Below, one piece after another: positions 61,400-64,000 of a stretch of DNA of 64,000 nt. The translations under genes and the position numbers were made by a program. This DNA comes from Amoebophrya sp. A120 (Eukaryota; Protista; Dinoflagellata): the NCBI GenBank assembly GCA_905178155.1, contig CAJINV010000001.1, forward strand, positions 13,328,635-13,392,634, read 5' to 3'. Below the pieces are notes generated by a model. It saw nothing but the letters and a program-made list of their open reading frames with translations, made no database searches and had not been told where the DNA came from. Every line of letters starts with the position of its first letter. The first letter of the stretch is position 1.

Positions 61400-62149
61400 T
61401 TTGCTCGTAGGAAGATGGTATGAAAAACCAAAGTTTCGTATTTGTACAGATACAGGGACAGAAGCAGGTGGGGAATAGAGATGCACCACCACACGCGAGG
61501 ATAGTAAAGTGAGAAAAATCAAAGTGACAAAATACAATCTCCAGAGGGCAGTAGAGATGCTGTGTTTTATTTTGCCAGTGCACTGGTGACGTCGTTCTAT
61601 GTAAGTCTTGCTTTGTACGACCAGCCTAGCGACAAGAAAAAGTACGAAGCACGTGAGTAAGTACGCAGAGAGGCACGACCGAAGCACTTTGCACTGCGTC
61701 ATGGTGCACGATAAATCGATGCAGAACGACATACCACCGAAGAGTTGTAGAGATGCCGCACGGAGTCAAAGACGCGCAAAACACTTTCATAATTAGACAG
61801 AAGGTGAGATAACTGACCGATGAGAATGTTTTTTTCTGTTTTTCCAATGTACAGACGCAATGGCAGGAGGTGTAGTGAATGCATCTGCATCCGTGTGGAA
61901 CGATACCGAGCTCTACCATTGTTGTGACCGAATCAGGATCGATACAAAACGCACTTGAGTACAACACAATGGAGCTATTTCATGGCATACGGAACAAAAC
62001 TTTCTGTCTGCAAAAAAGGAGGTGTGCGCCTACCGCTGCCTTGATGGTGGTGCGACAAATTAGTAGAAGTCATGGCTCCTAAGTAGAGCCGGCAAATTTA
62101 AAAAAATAGCGTCGCGTTTATGTCGTCTACATAACTTCATGTGTGGGAA

Positions 62150-63529
62150 CTAACTGTGCACTGTTCTTGCGAAAATTGCCTCGAACTTTTGCTGCACTAG
62201 AGAACTGAGTTTCTCAGTATCAACTTCTACATCAGCACTTTCCCCAACGTCGAAAACCGGCGGTAGCAGCCCCCGCTCTTTCAACACTTCATGGTTCCAG
62301 AAGCGGTTCCTGTACCTCTCCCCACTATCGCACAACACCGTGCAAATCACCGCATTTTCTGGTAGTTGTGCGGCGGCGTGCAAACAGGCCACGAGGTGCG
62401 CGCCCGAACTGCTCCCGCAGAAATGGTTCTCGACGTATCGCAGGTAGTGGCAGAGCAAGACCGCGTCTTCGTCGGACACCGAGACCGCATCGTCCACGAA
62501 CGGTAATGCCTTCTGAAAGTTCTTGGTGATGCGATTCAGCCCAAAGCCCTCCATGATGGTGTCGTCTATCCTTTGCTGCCGGTGGCCCTCCCTCTCCACC
62601 TCTGGGTTGTAGCACAGATTCGTCTGCACTTTGAATTGCAGTGAGCTGCCCGGGGGGTCGGCGAGTATGACTTTTGTTTGGTTGTTGCTCTGCTCCTTAA
62701 AATATCTGCCACAGCCCGCAATGGTCCCTCCAGTGCCCGCGGACATGACGAAGGCGTCGAAAGGAATGGCGATCCGATTTTCATCTCTCTCTCGTCGCAC
62801 CAAATTTTTCGCCTGCTCCCAGATTTCTGGCCCGGTCTCTGTGTAATGGTCGCGCCAATTCACTTCGTTCTCGAACTGATCGCAAAAGTAGGCCCCCGCT
62901 TTTTTGCACGCCCGCATGCAGACTTGCGAATACTGCTCCGGACTGGAATAGCTGGTCGGCTTGCACAAGTGCACCGTGGCGTTGTACTGTCTCATCAAGT
63001 TCAGCTTCTCTTTCTCGCAGTCATCCGGTACGTACAGGTGACATTCGAGGTTTTTCTCGTGACACAGCTTCGCTAGTGAAACCCCCGTGCTGCCAGAAGT
63101 ACCCTCGTACAAACTTGTCTTCCCTTTGCGCAAGCACTCCGCGACCAGACGATTGGCGACCCGATCTTTCAGGGACTCACCTGGGTTCTCGTACTCGCAC
63201 TTCGCAAAAATGCGTCGACCGGTCAGGGCGGAAAGGTGTGAGAGCTCGACAAGAGACGTCTGAAATTCTTTTACTGGTCGCTCCTTGCGGTCTTCAGGTT
63301 TTTCATCGTTCCGATCGAGTACGTCGCCCTGGGTGACATGATCATCTTCCGACGTCCTGGTTCGGGTTGTAGGAGAAGAATCCCCGCCTTTAATATTTCG
63401 TCGACTCTCCAGCGCGAGTACAAGCTCTGCACGATTGACAAGAAAGTCCAGCAACACTGCAATGGCGACGGTAGTCAACAAGAGAGTCGAGTACGCTCCC
63501 GAATCCAGAATGTCAAGAACCATGTTCAT
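62150..63529 (-). CDS. cysK: Cysteine synthase family PLP enzyme with an N-terminal membrane anchor
   Basis: KCEYENPGESLKDRVA (PLP lysine), EGTSGSTG, DQFEN..N...HY..TGPEIW, SAGTGGT, GSSSG and LCDSGERY. Hydrophobic LLLTTVAIAVLLDFLV. Confidence 0.92.
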   Translation of the reverse strand: MNMVLDILDSGAYSTLLLTTVAIAVLLDFLVNRAELVLALESRRNIKGGDSSPTTRTRTSEDDHVTQGDVLDRNDEKPEDRKERPVKEFQTSLVELSHLSALTGRRIFAKCEYENPGESLKDRVANRLVAECLRKGKTSLYEGTSGSTGVSLAKLCHEKNLECHLYVPDDCEKEKLNLMRQYNATVHLCKPTSYSSPEQYSQVCMRACKKAGAYFCDQFENEVNWRDHYTETGPEIWEQAKNLVRRERDENRIAIPFDAFVMSAGTGGTIAGCGRYFKEQSNNQTKVILADPPGSSLQFKVQTNLCYNPEVEREGHRQQRIDDTIMEGFGLNRITKNFQKALPFVDDAVSVSDEDAVLLCHYLRYVENHFCGSSSGAHLVACLHAAAQLPENAVICTVLCDSGERYRNRFWNHEVLKERGLLPPVFDVGESADVEVDTEKLSSLVQQKFEAIFARTVHS

Positions 63530-64000
63530 TCTGAAAGTTTACATAATTACGCCAGCCTTTCTTGTTCTAGTGATTGTTAAGGTTTCAAAAAGGTCAGCCA
63601 CTACGGAACAAGTCTAGGGGGGGCTTGCAAAACAGTGGGCGGGGCAGAACCTGAGTCAATCATTCAGACACAGTGCCGCATCACTTTTAGAGCCTATGGG
63701 ATTTTGGTCGAGATCAACCATCGATGTGTCGTGTGTATGATCAATCTCTTCTTTTCGCTCTATTTGATCAGCACGTGATCCCAGACACGGTCTTTTTTTT
63801 GACACGGTTACGATCGCTTTTTCGAACAAGGCATAGCTATTTTCAAGATCATCACCTGGTAGTAAAGTTTTACGCTTTTGTCTACAAAATCCGCTTGCCT
63901 GACGTGAAACGATTTCATCTTCACATTGATCTAGAATTGGTAACGGATACTGGTGTTCACACTGATGATCCACTTTTCCTACAGAGAAAATCACGAAGCT

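Noticed and set aside
718-63617. Numerous plus-strand ORFs, some long (e.g. 2194..2979, 37603..38538, 40069..40815)
   Set aside because: They overlap minus-strand genes with recognisable motifs and show no motifs of their own; antisense shadows of GC-rich coding DNA.
63656-63994. 112-aa minus-strand ORF at the window edge
   Set aside because: No recognisable motif; it may be the last exon of a gene outside the window but cannot be supported here.
1-64000. Dinoflagellate spliced-leader relics, tRNA/rRNA genes, or an autonomous transposase
   Set aside because: None recognised by eye on either strand; a covariance-model and HMM scan would be needed to exclude them.

Overview
Compact, intron-containing eukaryotic genomic DNA. 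Flagellar genes, co-oriented genes and non-canonical introns point to a protist, most consistent with an Amoebophrya-like syndinian dinoflagellate (inference). All ~23 genes I can model lie on the minus strand. Recognisable genes are radial spoke head RSP4/6, SART1/Snu66, isocitrate lyase, cysteine synthase, a PEX2-like peroxin, a MAPK-like kinase, an M20/ArgE-like protein, EF-hand, TPR, ankyrin and methyltransferase proteins. The main signal is five MITE-like insertions (206-414 bp) inside coding exons. Each has terminal inverted repeats (TAT...ATA type), a 5-bp target-site duplication and a shared internal TTTGT(C/G/A)ATGC box. Removing the element plus one duplication copy exactly restores the reading frame, yet no GT-AG/GC-AG boundary pair is available, so they look like non-canonical 'introner' introns. 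The other introns I traced are ordinary GT-AG. No rRNA, tRNA, CRISPR or transposase was recognised. Gene ends are manual models and several are approximate.
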